From the NCBI GenBank assembly GCA_946533675.1, contig CAMNBZ010000012.1, forward strand, positions 4,323 to 68,322: a stretch of 64,000 nt of DNA. The letters are read 5' to 3'. The position numbers were made by a program, and so were the translations under genes. The DNA is from an uncultured Verrucomicrobiota bacterium (GTDB lineage: Bacteria; Verrucomicrobiota; Kiritimatiellia; RFP12; UBA1067). Numbering within the stretch: the first letter of the stretch is position 1; each line of letters starts with the position of its first letter. Shown here piece by piece: positions 29,849 through 40,002 of the stretch. Below the pieces are notes generated by a model. The model ran no database searches, had not been told where the DNA came from, and saw only the letters and a program-made list of their open reading frames with translations.

Positions 29849-30447
29849 CGAAGATTGTGATTATCGACGACCACCCCGTCGTGCGCGACGGCATGTCCGC
29901 CATGCTCGAAAACGAAAGCGACTTCTCGGTCGTCTGCGCCGCGAAGTGCGGCGAGGACGCCGTGGACTACGTGCGCCGCCACGGCGCGCCCGACATCGTC
30001 GTCAGCGACATCCGCATGCCGGGGCTGGACGGCTTCGAGACGCTCGCGCGCCTGAAGCGCTTCTTTCCGGATATCCGCGTGCTGCTGCTCGCGGGGATGC
30101 CGCTGAGGATCGAGGAGGAGAAGGCGCGCGCGGCCGGGGCGCGCGGCTACCTGCCGAAAAGCCTCGACTGGGAGCGCCTCGTCGCGGCGATCCGCCTCGC
30201 GGCGCAGGACGGCGGCTTCATCGCCGACGACTTCGACGAGCCGAAGGTCGGACCGCTCAGCCGACGCGAGATCGAGGTGCTCACCTACATCGCCCAGGGC
30301 AAGACGCACGAGGAGATCGGGATGATCGGCGACATCAGCGCGGAGACGGTGCGCACGCACATGAAGAGCATCTTCCGCAAGCTCGACTGCACCAACGCGC
30401 CGGCGGCCGTTTCGCGCGCCTACGAGCTCGGCATCCTGCGCGCCTAG
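29845..30447 (+). CDS. Response regulator, NarL/LuxR family
   Basis: 200 aa. Receiver domain with phospho-acceptor D in VVSDIRMPGLDG, plus a LuxR HTH. Its ATG overlaps the histidine kinase TGA. Confidence 0.85.
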   Translation: MTKIVIIDDHPVVRDGMSAMLENESDFSVVCAAKCGEDAVDYVRRHGAPDIVVSDIRMPGLDGFETLARLKRFFPDIRVLLLAGMPLRIEEEKARAAGARGYLPKSLDWERLVAAIRLAAQDGGFIADDFDEPKVGPLSRREIEVLTYIAQGKTHEEIGMIGDISAETVRTHMKSIFRKLDCTNAPAAVSRAYELGILRA

Positions 30448-31598
30448 TCCTGCGCGCGGACGAGCGCGGCGGCGAACGCGCCGTCGCAGCCGGAGTCGAA
30501 CGGGATCGACTCCTTCTCGTCGACGCGCGTGAAGTCGGGATGGCGCGCGAGAAACGCGGCGACCTGCTCCTGGTTCTCCTCCGGCTCGTTCGAGCACGTC
30601 GAATAGACGAGCCGACCGCCCGGCGCCACGCGCGCGGCCGCCACGTCCAGAATCTCCGCCTGGAGGCGCACGAGCGCCATCATCTTCTCTTCGCTCCAGC
30701 TCCAGCGCGCGTCGGGACGCCGCCGCAGCACGCCTGTGTTGCTGCACGGCGCGTCGACAAGCACCTTGCGGAACGTCTGCGCCGGCGGCTCGCCCGTGAC
30801 GGCGACGGCCGCGAGCTGCAGCCGCTTCAGATTCTCCGCCAGGCGCGCGCGCCGCTTCGGATTCACCTCGCACGCCGTCACCGCCGCGCCGCGCCACGCG
30901 AGCTGGACCGTCTTGCCGCCCGGCGCCGCGCAGAGGTCCAGCACCGTCTCGCCCGGCTGCGCGTCCATCAGCTCGACGGCGAGGCGCGTGCCCGGATCCT
31001 GCACGATGAAGTCTCCCGCCGCAAAACCCTCCGCGTCCTCGACGCGCTTGCCGCGCGGCAGCTTCTCGAACCGGTCGCCGGGCCGGTACGCGAGGAACGT
31101 CTCGGCCGGCTGGTTGTGCCAGACCATGAGCTTTTCCGCGTCCGCCGCGCCGAAGCGCGCCGACCAGCGGCGGGCCAGCGCGTTCGGAAAGCTCTCGCGG
31201 ACCTCCGCCGGCGCGGCGGCGATCAGCAGGCGCATCTCCTCGCGGCGGCGGATCAGGTTGCGCAGGACCGCGTTGACGAGCTTCGGCACGTTCATGTTGA
31301 GGCTCTCGCGCGCGGCGGCCACCGTCTCGTTCACGGCGGCGTAGTCGGCGACGGCCGGCATGTACAGGATCTGCGCCGCGCCGATGTAGAGCAGCGCCTC
31401 CATCTCGCCCTTCGGCCAGCGCGGCACGAATTCGCCGAGGACGCGCCGCAGGGGCCTGAGCCGCCGGAGGACCGTGTAGACGAGGTCCTGCACAAAGGCG
31501 CGGTCCGGGCCCGCCGGCAGCAGGGACGAGGGAAATTCCTTGGTGATCAGCCAGCGCGCGAAAATCGACGCGGCGACGCGACGCGAGTTCGTCTTCAT
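30444..31598 (-). CDS. rsmB: 16S rRNA (cytosine-C5)-methyltransferase RsmB/Sun family
   Basis: Start at MKTNSRR. An NusB-like N-terminal domain. SAM-binding DLCAAPGGKT, and catalytic DAPCS and YSTCS motifs. ATGA overlap with the ClC stop. Confidence 0.8.
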   Translation of the reverse strand: MKTNSRRVAASIFARWLITKEFPSSLLPAGPDRAFVQDLVYTVLRRLRPLRRVLGEFVPRWPKGEMEALLYIGAAQILYMPAVADYAAVNETVAAARESLNMNVPKLVNAVLRNLIRRREEMRLLIAAAPAEVRESFPNALARRWSARFGAADAEKLMVWHNQPAETFLAYRPGDRFEKLPRGKRVEDAEGFAAGDFIVQDPGTRLAVELMDAQPGETVLDLCAAPGGKTVQLAWRGAAVTACEVNPKRRARLAENLKRLQLAAVAVTGEPPAQTFRKVLVDAPCSNTGVLRRRPDARWSWSEEKMMALVRLQAEILDVAAARVAPGGRLVYSTCSNEPEENQEQVAAFLARHPDFTRVDEKESIPFDSGCDGAFAAALVRAQD

Positions 31599-33034
31599 GA
31601 TGAATGCACGGGGGAAGCCTCGCGGTTGTGGACCTGGCTGCGGTAGAGCGTCCAGCCGTTGTTGAGCCAGAAGCTGATGCAGCACACCCACATCGCGGGC
31701 AGCAGGTGGTGGTGGTTGCCGCTGATCTCCGCCACCATGACGATGGCGGTGAGCGGAATGCGGATCGCGCTCGCGAGGAAGCCCGCCATGCCGACGAGCG
31801 CGAACGCCGCCGGATGGATGCCCATCGACGCGGGCAGGACGCGCGAGAAGAAGAGCCCGACCGCCGCGCCCAGCGTGCCGCCGCAGACGATGGCCGGCGC
31901 GAAGACGCCCGCCGAGCCGCCCGAGCCGACCGTGCACGACGTCGCGATGGCCTTCATGAAGAAGAAGCAGACGAAACCCGTGATCGTCAGCGGCCCGAAG
32001 TCCGCGAAAAGATCGCTCTGGCCCGCCGTGAACGACGCCTGGATGACGGAATAGCTCGGCCCGAGGATGTCGGGGAAGAAGAAGCCGATCACGCCTGTCA
32101 GGAGGCCGCCCGTCGCGACGACGGCCCAGCGCGGCAGGGGAGACTCCGCGAACTTGCGCTCGGCGAACCGGAAGCAGTAGATGTAGAAGCGCACGCCGAA
32201 GACGATCGCCACGGCGAGAATGAAGTACGGGATGAGCCACAGGCTGTTGTGGAAGGCGATGTCCGGCATGACGAAGAGGGGATCCCAGCCGAAGAAGCAG
32301 GCGAAGATCGCGTAGCTGACCGTGCTCGCGATGAAGGATGGCAGCACCGCCTCGTATTCGATGTCGCTCGACGAATAGAAGATCTCGAAGCCGAAGATCG
32401 CGCCCGCGAGCGGCGCCTGGAAGAGCGCGGAGATGCCGGCCCCGAGACCCGCCGCCATCAGGACGCGCCGCGCGCGCACCGTGAGGTTGAACGCACGCGC
32501 GACCATGCTGCCGCACGCCGCGCCGAGGAGCGTGACCGGGCCCTCGTAGCCGCCCGAGCCGCCGCAGCCAACCGTCAGCACCGAGGCGACCGACTTGACC
32601 GGGATGACCGCGCCGGGGATGTAGCCGTCCGACTGGTGGTAGGCGCGCACGGCGCTGTCGGTGCCGCGCGCCATTTCGAGCCGCCGGCCGATCTTCAGGA
32701 GGAAGTAGCCCGCGACCGCGCCGAGCGCGGGCAGGACGACGAGCAGCCACCGGCGCCCGTCCATCAGCGCCTCGGCCGAATACATCCGCCCGATCGCCGC
32801 GCCGTCGGGGAGGCGGCTCATCGCCGCGTGGTGGCCGAGCCCCTCCATGAACAGCTTCTGCGCCGCGTCGATCAGGTAGCGGAAGGCGACGACCACGACG
32901 CCCGTGAACGCGCCCACGAGCGCGGATTCGACGAAGTAGCGCCCCGTCCGGATCGACATGCCCTCCCCCGCCAGAAAGAACTTCCAGCTGGAGCGGGAGA
33001 GGTCGCGGGCGAATCTGGGTAGGAGGCGCTTCAT
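31595..33034 (-). CDS. ClC family chloride channel / H+-Cl- antiporter
   Basis: Start at MKRLLPRF (M106 of the track ORF). GCGGSGGYEGP and GVFAP selectivity-filter motifs. 10-12 TM segments. Confidence 0.8.
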   Translation of the reverse strand: MKRLLPRFARDLSRSSWKFFLAGEGMSIRTGRYFVESALVGAFTGVVVVAFRYLIDAAQKLFMEGLGHHAAMSRLPDGAAIGRMYSAEALMDGRRWLLVVLPALGAVAGYFLLKIGRRLEMARGTDSAVRAYHQSDGYIPGAVIPVKSVASVLTVGCGGSGGYEGPVTLLGAACGSMVARAFNLTVRARRVLMAAGLGAGISALFQAPLAGAIFGFEIFYSSSDIEYEAVLPSFIASTVSYAIFACFFGWDPLFVMPDIAFHNSLWLIPYFILAVAIVFGVRFYIYCFRFAERKFAESPLPRWAVVATGGLLTGVIGFFFPDILGPSYSVIQASFTAGQSDLFADFGPLTITGFVCFFFMKAIATSCTVGSGGSAGVFAPAIVCGGTLGAAVGLFFSRVLPASMGIHPAAFALVGMAGFLASAIRIPLTAIVMVAEISGNHHHLLPAMWVCCISFWLNNGWTLYRSQVHNREASPVHSS

Positions 33035-33042
33035 CGCGCGCC

Positions 33043-34401
33043 TCAGCCGAAGAACGCCTTGTAGAGCGCGCGCACGGCGGCGTCGCGGTCCTTCACGCGG
33101 ATCGCGATCATGAAGCTCACCTCGCTCGATCCCTGGTTGACCATCGAGATGTTGATGCCCGCCGACGCGAGCGCGAGGCACGCCTTCGCGAACATGCCGG
33201 CCGTGTAGCACATGCCCTCGCCGACGACCATCAGCAGCGAGAGGTCGCGGTCGATGCTGACGCTGTCGGGCTTCAGCTCGCGCTGGATGTGCTGGACGAC
33301 GCGGCGCTCCTTCTCCTTGGGCAGCGCCTGCGACTTGACGATCACGCACTGCGAGTCGACGCCCGAGGGCATGTGCTCGTAGGCGATGCCCTCGTCCTCG
33401 AGGATCGCCAGGAGCCGCCGGCCGAAGCCGATCTCGCGGTTCATCAGGTACTTGTCGACGACGATGTTGCAGAACCCTTCCGCCGCCGCGATGCCGACGA
33501 CCGTGCCCGGCACCACGCGCCGCGACTGCACAATCATCGTGCCGGGCTCGCTCGGGTGGTTCGTGTTGCGGATGTTGATCGGGATGCGCGCGCGCACCGC
33601 CGGGATCACCGCGTCGTCGTTGAAGACGCCGAAGCCCGCGTAGGCAAGCTCGCGCATCTCGCGGTAGGTCATCGTCGGAATGCCCTCCCTGACCTCGCTG
33701 ACGATGCGCGGATCGACGGGATAGACCGAGTCGACGTCCGTGAAGTTCTCGTAGACGTCGGCGCAGACGGCCGCCGCGAGGATCGAGCCCGTGATGTCCG
33801 AACCGCCGCGCGGGAACGTCGCGACCTTGCCCTCCTTCGTATAGCCGAAGAAGCCGGGGTAGATGACGATGCCCTCGAAGTTCGAGAACGCGCGCGCGAG
33901 CGTCGCGTAGCTCGCGGGATCGAGCTGCGCGTCGCCGAAGCGGCCCGTCAGCGTCATGCCCGTCTCCTTCGGGCTCGCGTAGCGCGCCTTCTTGCCGCGC
34001 GCGACGAACGCCTCCGCGACGAGCTTGGCGTTGTTGTCCTCGCCCGCCGCCTTCAGGAGGTCCATGAACTCGTCCGGCGCGAGCGTCGCGACCTGGGCAA
34101 GGCGGTCCATCAGGTCCATCTCGATCCGGCGGACGATCTCGCCGCCGAGCTTGAGCGTGTCCGCCATCTCGGCGTAGCGCTCGACGACCGCGCCGAACTG
34201 GCGGTCGGTGTTCTCGCCCGCGAGCGCCGTGTTCGCGAGATCGATCAGGAGGTCCGTCACCTTCGTGTCGCCCGAATGGCGCTTGCCGGGCGCGGACACG
34301 ACGACGATCCGCCGCGCGGGATCCGCGAGGACGATGTCGATGACCTTGTTGAGCTGCGCCGCGTTCGCGAGCGACGACCCGCCGAATTTACAGACTTTCA
34401 T
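33043..34401 (-). CDS. lysC: Aspartate kinase
   Basis: 452 aa. MKVCKFGGSSLA... and C-terminal ACT domains. Confidence 0.85.
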   Translation of the reverse strand: MKVCKFGGSSLANAAQLNKVIDIVLADPARRIVVVSAPGKRHSGDTKVTDLLIDLANTALAGENTDRQFGAVVERYAEMADTLKLGGEIVRRIEMDLMDRLAQVATLAPDEFMDLLKAAGEDNNAKLVAEAFVARGKKARYASPKETGMTLTGRFGDAQLDPASYATLARAFSNFEGIVIYPGFFGYTKEGKVATFPRGGSDITGSILAAAVCADVYENFTDVDSVYPVDPRIVSEVREGIPTMTYREMRELAYAGFGVFNDDAVIPAVRARIPINIRNTNHPSEPGTMIVQSRRVVPGTVVGIAAAEGFCNIVVDKYLMNREIGFGRRLLAILEDEGIAYEHMPSGVDSQCVIVKSQALPKEKERRVVQHIQRELKPDSVSIDRDLSLLMVVGEGMCYTAGMFAKACLALASAGINISMVNQGSSEVSFMIAIRVKDRDAAVRALYKAFFG

Positions 34402-34402
34402 T

Positions 34403-35698
34403 TCAGAGCATCCTCAGTTTCACGGGCGCGCCGCCGACGACGCCGCTCGCTTCGATTTCCTTCAACGCCGCCTCGAGGTCGGCCGCCTTCGCCGCATGCG
34501 TCAGCACGACGACCGGCACCGGCTCGTTGCCGACGCCGCCGGCCTTCTGGCTCGCCGCCGAGATGCTGACGGAATGGCTGCCGAGGATCGTCGCGATCGT
34601 GCCGAACGCGCCCGCCTTGTCGGCGACGAGGAAGCGGATGTAGAAGCGCGAGGCGATCTCGCCCGCCGCGCGGAGCTTGACCGCGCCCTCGGCGTAGTTC
34701 GGAATGCCGCGCGCGTAGCGCGTCTCGCCGTGCGCGAGGTTGCGCGCGATGTCGCCGATGTCGCCGACGACGGTCGAGGCCGTCGGCGCGCGGCCCGCGC
34801 CGCGCCCGTAGTACATCGTGTAGTCGCTCATGTCGCCCTTCACCATCGCGGCGTTGAACGCGTCGTTGACGTTCGAGAGCATGTGCGAATACGGCACGAG
34901 CGTCGGGTGCACGCCCACCTCCACCTCGTCGCCGTGGCGCGCGACGACCGCGAGGAGCTTGATGCGGTAGCCGAAGTCGGCGGCGTACTTCACGTCCTCG
35001 CCCGCGAGGTTGCGGATGCCCTCGACCTGCACCTGGTCCATCCGGGGCTGGAAGCCGAACGCGAGCGCCGCGAGGATGCACGCCTTGTGCGCCGTGTCGA
35101 AGCCGTCGATGTCGAGGCTCGGGTTCGCCTCCGCGTAGCCGAGCTTCTGCGCGTCCTTGAGGACGGCGTCGAACGGCAGGCCCTCGTTCTCCATGCGCGT
35201 GAGGATGTAGTTGCACGTGCCGTTCAGGATGCCGTGGATCGACTCGATGTCGTTGCCGGCGAGCCCTTCGCGCAGGACGCGGATGATCGGGATGCCGCCG
35301 CCCACGGACGCACCGAAGTAGATGTCCACGCCGTTCGCCGCGGCCGTGTCGAAAATCTCCCGGCCGTATTCCGCCAGCAGCTTCTTGTTGGCGGTGACGA
35401 CGCACTTCTTGGCGTTGAGCGCCGCGAGGACGAGCGTGCGGGCGATGCCCGTGCCGCCGATCGTCTCGACGACGATCTGGATGCCGTCGTCGGCGATGAC
35501 CGCGCCCGCGTCCGTCGTGAGCGTGCCGGCCGGGACCGCGACGCCGCGGTCCGTCGTGATGTCGAGGTCCGCGATCTTCTTCAGGACGATATCCACGTCC
35601 AGACGCTTCGCCATCACCTCGCGATGCTTGAGGAGGCCCTCCGCGACGCCCGCGCCGACGGTGCCGAATCCCAGTATGCCAACGCCAATCTGCTTCAT
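34403..35698 (-). CDS. hom: Homoserine dehydrogenase
   Basis: 431 aa. GILGFGTVG Rossmann fold, a catalytic domain, and a C-terminal ACT domain. Confidence 0.9.
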   Translation of the reverse strand: MKQIGVGILGFGTVGAGVAEGLLKHREVMAKRLDVDIVLKKIADLDITTDRGVAVPAGTLTTDAGAVIADDGIQIVVETIGGTGIARTLVLAALNAKKCVVTANKKLLAEYGREIFDTAAANGVDIYFGASVGGGIPIIRVLREGLAGNDIESIHGILNGTCNYILTRMENEGLPFDAVLKDAQKLGYAEANPSLDIDGFDTAHKACILAALAFGFQPRMDQVQVEGIRNLAGEDVKYAADFGYRIKLLAVVARHGDEVEVGVHPTLVPYSHMLSNVNDAFNAAMVKGDMSDYTMYYGRGAGRAPTASTVVGDIGDIARNLAHGETRYARGIPNYAEGAVKLRAAGEIASRFYIRFLVADKAGAFGTIATILGSHSVSISAASQKAGGVGNEPVPVVVLTHAAKAADLEAALKEIEASGVVGGAPVKLRML

Positions 35699-35794
35699 CT
35701 ATTTGGTCTTTCTTGACTTGAATTTGAATAGTATATCATAAATGCGCCGTCTCGGGCGCACGCGATTTTCCCGTGCGCTGTTAGACCGCCCTCT

Positions 35795-38275
35795 TCAGGA
35801 AACCGCCTCACGTCGCTTGCGAGTCGCCACCGCCGTCAGCGGATCTTCCGGCCAGGCGTGCTTGGGGTAGCGCCCGCGCATATCCTTGCGCACCAGCTGG
35901 TAGCCTTCGCGCCAGAAACCGGCCAGATCCTTCGTGATCTGGATCGGCCGCTGCGCCGGCGAAAGCAGCGTCATGACGATCGGCACGCGCCCGCCCGCCA
36001 CCTTCGGCGTCTGCATGAGCCCGAAGCACTCCTGCAGGCGCACCTGCACCGTCGGCTCGTCGCCTTCGTAATGGATCATCATGCGGCTGCCGCTCGGCAC
36101 CTCCATGCGCGCGGGCGCGAGGCGGTCCAGTTCGCGGCGGTCGTGCCCCGCCTCGGCCAGCAGATAGTCGAAGACCGCGAAGAGGTCGAGCCGCTCCAGA
36201 TCCTTCCATTTCGTCATCCCGCCGATGAATCCCGCAAGCGCGTCCAGGATGCGTTCATCCGTCGGTTCGGGCCATCCCGTGGGGTCTGTCCCCACGTTCC
36301 TCGTGGGGTCAGACCCTTCCGAAACTTCAAAAACACGGCCTAAAAACGCAATTCTGGCACGATATTGAAGCGATTCCTTCGTCCAGCACGGCAGATTGGC
36401 GACGCCCTTCTGCCGGATGCCGTCCAACAGCGCGCGCGCCACCTCGTCCCCGCGGCGCGCCAGTTCGGCGGGCGACGTCACCGGCCGTTCGTCCATCACC
36501 ATCTCGCCGAGCTTGCGCCGCACGACGCACTTGACGCGCTCCTCACGCCGGTCCCACGCGCAAAAGTCCTCTTCCGTCAGCCGGTCGCCGAAGAGGCCGA
36601 CGATCTCCGCCTCGTCGATGGGGCAGGCGAGAAACACCTTGGCGTCGCCCGGCCGGTCGTCGACCTCGCAGACGACGAGATACGGCGCTTTCGCGAGCGC
36701 GTCGCTCGATTCCAGGTACGCGCCGCGCCCCGACACCATCCGGAACGTCCCGTTCCCGCGGTTCTTCGCCACGCGATCGGGATAGGCGCGCGCCAGAAGC
36801 GCCCCTTCCGATTCCGCCGCGCCGCCGCCGCGCCGCGCGGGCGCGTGCAGAAATTTCTTCGCCAGCCGCAGCACGCGGCTCGAATACGGGCGGTTCGGCG
36901 TCTCGCGCACCTCGTCGAGCACCTTGCGGATGTCCGTCTCGCGCGTCTTCGCCCCCTCCTCGATGATGGCCGCGAGGAGCGCCGCCGTCTCGCCGCCGCT
37001 GCCGAGAACCATGTTCGCGAGGCGCGGATGCATCGGCAGCTTCGCCATCGCCTCGCCCTTCTTCGTCAGCCGCCCGTCCGCCGCGATCGCGCCCAGCAGC
37101 TTCAGCAGTCCCGCCGCCTGATCCCACGCGCTCGCCGGCGGCACCGTCAGCCACGGCAGATCCTCCCGCCGCCGCGCGCCCCACGCCGCGCTCGTCAGCA
37201 CGAGCGCGCAGAGATCCGCGTCGAGGATTTCGGGATTCATCTTCTTCGGCCGCGACAGATTCTCGCCCGCGTCCCACAGCCGGTAGCAGACGCCCGCGCG
37301 CACGCGTCCCGCGCGTCCGCGCCGCTGCTCCGCGCGGTCCATCGACAGCGGCACCGTCTTGAGCCCGCTCATGCCCGTCGTCGGCGAAAAGCGCGGAATG
37401 CGCATGAGCCCCGAATCGATGACGACCGAAATGCCCGGCAGCGTCACCGACGTTTCCGCGAGGCTCGTCGCCAGGATCACCTTCCGCCGCCCGCCCATCT
37501 CGAAGACGCGGTCCTGCGCCTCCTTCGGCAGCGACCCGTACAAAGGCAGGATGTCGCACCGCGGCACTTCTGCCGCGCCGCGCGCCGCCTGCAGCTCCTG
37601 CAGCGCCGCCTCCGCACGGCGGATTTCGCCCTCGCCCGGCAGGAAGCAGAGGATGTCGCCGTCCGATTCCTTCAGCGCGCGCACCACCGCCGCGCTCATC
37701 GACAGGTCGCCGAGATACTTCGTCTCGACCGGGAACATCCGCCCGTCGGCGTGGATTTTCGCGACGTCCGCGCCGAGGTGCGCCGCCACCTCGTCCGCGT
37801 CCAGCGTCGCCGACATCACGACGAGCCGCAGGTCCTCGCGCAGCGCGCGCTTCGTCTCGAGCGCCAGCGCAAAGCTCGTGTCGCACGCGAGCGAGCGTTC
37901 GTGGAATTCATCAAAGATGACGAGCCCGACGTCCGCAAGCTCCGGGTCGTTCAGGAGCCGCTGCGTGAGCAGCCCCTCGGTGACGATCTCCAGCCGCGTC
38001 GCCGCGCCGACCTTGCGCTCCAGCCGCACCTGGTAGCCGACGGTGCCGCCGACCGCTTCGCCGAGCTTGTGCGCGATGAACGACGCGCACGTGCGCGCCG
38101 CCAGCCGCCGCGGTTCGAGCATCACGATCTTCTTGCCGCCGAGCCACGGCGCGTCGAGAAGCGCGGGCGGCACGCACGTCGTCTTGCCGCTGCCGGGCGG
38201 CGCCGTCAGGACGACGTCGCGCCCCGCCGCGAGCGCGCGCCGGATGTCGCCCAGCTTCTCCTCGACCGGGAACAT
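35795..38275 (-). CDS. hrpB: ATP-dependent helicase HrpB (DEAH-box)
   Basis: Start at MFPVEEKLGD. APPGSGKTT, DEFHER, SATLD and the HrpB C-terminal domain. The upstream part of the 1197-aa track ORF is an alternate-frame artefact. Confidence 0.85.
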   Translation of the reverse strand: MFPVEEKLGDIRRALAAGRDVVLTAPPGSGKTTCVPPALLDAPWLGGKKIVMLEPRRLAARTCASFIAHKLGEAVGGTVGYQVRLERKVGAATRLEIVTEGLLTQRLLNDPELADVGLVIFDEFHERSLACDTSFALALETKRALREDLRLVVMSATLDADEVAAHLGADVAKIHADGRMFPVETKYLGDLSMSAAVVRALKESDGDILCFLPGEGEIRRAEAALQELQAARGAAEVPRCDILPLYGSLPKEAQDRVFEMGGRRKVILATSLAETSVTLPGISVVIDSGLMRIPRFSPTTGMSGLKTVPLSMDRAEQRRGRAGRVRAGVCYRLWDAGENLSRPKKMNPEILDADLCALVLTSAAWGARRREDLPWLTVPPASAWDQAAGLLKLLGAIAADGRLTKKGEAMAKLPMHPRLANMVLGSGGETAALLAAIIEEGAKTRETDIRKVLDEVRETPNRPYSSRVLRLAKKFLHAPARRGGGAAESEGALLARAYPDRVAKNRGNGTFRMVSGRGAYLESSDALAKAPYLVVCEVDDRPGDAKVFLACPIDEAEIVGLFGDRLTEEDFCAWDRREERVKCVVRRKLGEMVMDERPVTSPAELARRGDEVARALLDGIRQKGVANLPCWTKESLQYRARIAFLGRVFEVSEGSDPTRNVGTDPTGWPEPTDERILDALAGFIGGMTKWKDLERLDLFAVFDYLLAEAGHDRRELDRLAPARMEVPSGSRMMIHYEGDEPTVQVRLQECFGLMQTPKVAGGRVPIVMTLLSPAQRPIQITKDLAGFWREGYQLVRKDMRGRYPKHAWPEDPLTAVATRKRREAVS

Positions 38276-38280
38276 CGCGC

Positions 38281-39504
38281 CTACATCGCGGCGGCGAGCG
38301 CGGCGGCGAATTCGGAGCACTTGACTTCCGTCGCGCCCTCCATCTGCCGCGCGAAATCGTACGTCACCGTCTTGGCGGCGATCACCTTGTCCATCGCGGC
38401 GAGCACGAGGTCCGCCGCTTCGGTCCAGCCCATGTAGCGGAGCATCATCTCGCCCGAGAGGATGAGCGAGCCGGGGTTCACCTTGTCGAGGTTCGCGTAC
38501 TTCGGCGCGGTGCCGTGCGTCGCCTCGAAGACCGCGACGCCCGTCTGGTAGTTGATGTTCGCGCCCGGCGCGATGCCGATGCCGCCGACGGTCGCCGCGA
38601 GCGCGTCGGAGACGTAGTCGCCGTTCAGGTTCAAGGTCGCGATCACGTCGTATTCGGCGGGGCGCGTCAGGATCTGCTGGAGGAACGCGTCGCAGATGCA
38701 GTCCTTGACGGTGATCGTGCGGCCCGTCTTCGGATTTTTGAATTCGCACCACGGCCCCTTGTCGATCAGCGTCGCACCGTACTCGCGCTGCGCGAGTTTG
38801 TAGCCCCAGTCGCGGAACGCGCCCTCGGTGAACTTCTGGATGTTGCCCTTGTGGACGAGCGTCACCGACCTGCGGTCGTTCGCGATCGCGTAGTCGAGCG
38901 CCGCGCGCACGAGCCGCTCCGTGCCCTCGAGCGAAACCGGCTTGATGCCGATGGACGCCGTCTCGGGAAAGCGGATCTTCGTCACGCCCATCTCGCCGAT
39001 CAGGAACTTCTTCACCTTCTCGACCTCGGGCGTGCCGTTCATCCATTCGATGCCCGCGTAGATGTCCTCCGTGTTCTCGCGGAAGATCACCATGTCGGTC
39101 AGCTCCGGGCGCTTCACCGGGCTGGGCACGCCCTTGAAGTAGCGCACGGGCCGGAGGCAGACGTAAAGGTCCAGCTCCTGGCGCATCGCCACGTTGATGG
39201 AGCGGATGCCGCCGCCGACGGGCGTCGTCAGCGGGCCCTTGATGGAGACGAGGCAGTCGCGGCATGCGTCCAGCGTCGCCTGCGGCAGCCACTCGCCCGT
39301 CGCCTTGAACGCCTTCTCGCCCGCCAGCACTTCCTTCCAGTCGATTTTCCGCGCGCCGCCGTAGGCCTTCGCGACCGCCGCGTTCCACACGATCATCGCC
39401 GCGCGCGTGATGTCGGGCCCCGTGCCGTCGCCCTCGATGTACGGAATGATCGGATTCGCGGGAACATTCAGCTTCCCGCCCGCAAGTGTAATCTTTTCGC
39501 TCAT
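38281..39504 (-). CDS. icd: Isocitrate dehydrogenase (NADP+)
   Basis: 407 aa, with canonical prokaryotic homodimeric IDH sequence. Leaderless start 7 nt after TGATATACT (39512-39520). Confidence 0.9.
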   Translation of the reverse strand: MSEKITLAGGKLNVPANPIIPYIEGDGTGPDITRAAMIVWNAAVAKAYGGARKIDWKEVLAGEKAFKATGEWLPQATLDACRDCLVSIKGPLTTPVGGGIRSINVAMRQELDLYVCLRPVRYFKGVPSPVKRPELTDMVIFRENTEDIYAGIEWMNGTPEVEKVKKFLIGEMGVTKIRFPETASIGIKPVSLEGTERLVRAALDYAIANDRRSVTLVHKGNIQKFTEGAFRDWGYKLAQREYGATLIDKGPWCEFKNPKTGRTITVKDCICDAFLQQILTRPAEYDVIATLNLNGDYVSDALAATVGGIGIAPGANINYQTGVAVFEATHGTAPKYANLDKVNPGSLILSGEMMLRYMGWTEAADLVLAAMDKVIAAKTVTYDFARQMEGATEVKCSEFAAALAAAM

Positions 39505-39511
39505 GGGAGGT

Positions 39512-39520
39512 AGTATATCA
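39512..39520 (-). promoter_or_regulatory. Extended -10 promoter TGATATACT, 7 nt upstream of the icd ATG (leaderless)
   Basis: Read from the sequence. No SD-like sequence fits in between. Confidence 0.5.
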
Positions 39521-39584
39521 CATTCCGTGTCCGCCCCTCAACCGTCCGCGCGCACCGTGGTAATTTACTGTGGTAATCATGTCT

Positions 39585-39645
39585 GCCCCCGTAGCCATCT
39601 TGCGGGGACAGACCCCAACCAACATTGACATTTATCAACTCCGAG
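39585..39645. repeat. Dispersed repeat element, partial inverted copy C (GCGGGGACAGACCCC + AACCAACATTGACATTT)
   Basis: Reverse complement of the hairpin module, joined to the ACATT module shared with 42183-42224. Confidence 0.6.
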
Positions 39646-39914
39646 CGTTTGGGCTCCCGCGACCGCTCCGCCGCTTCGCGTTTTTCAACGGCTGTTCAGG
39701 TTGGGTCAGCATCTTTAGAGGCTGCCTTCGGCAGGTAAGACGACCCGCCTTCAGACACGAGGTGGTCGGAAGGAAACCTCCTCCAGCCACAAATAGACAT
39801 TTCTCATCAGCTACAGAACAATTTCACATGCGAAGCAGAACGAATTGCGCGAAGTGGTAACGAAAGCCCAGCTGCTCGGAGTTAATTAAAAACAGGGGAA
39901 CCGCGCCCGTAATC

Positions 39915-40002
39915 ACGAACATGCGTATTCACAATCGCGAACATGCGTATTCACGAACGCGGACATGCGTGTTCACGATCACGGACATGCGTGTTCGGGC
40001 CC
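39915..40002. repeat. Four tandem 22-bp repeats, core GAACATGCGT(A/G)TTC
   Basis: Units at 39915, 39937, 39959 and 39981. Each has GAACA...TGTTC/TATTC inverted half-sites. Confidence 0.7.

Noticed and set aside
39640-39900. Possible SRP RNA, tmRNA or RNase P RNA in the long intergenic region
   Set aside because: Only weak resemblance was found (GGTCGGAAGGAAACC against the SRP domain IV consensus). No tmRNA tag-reading frame or RNase P P4 motifs were found. It is kept only as a generic ncRNA candidate. No tRNA T-loop (GGTTCGAATCC-like) was found anywhere in the window.
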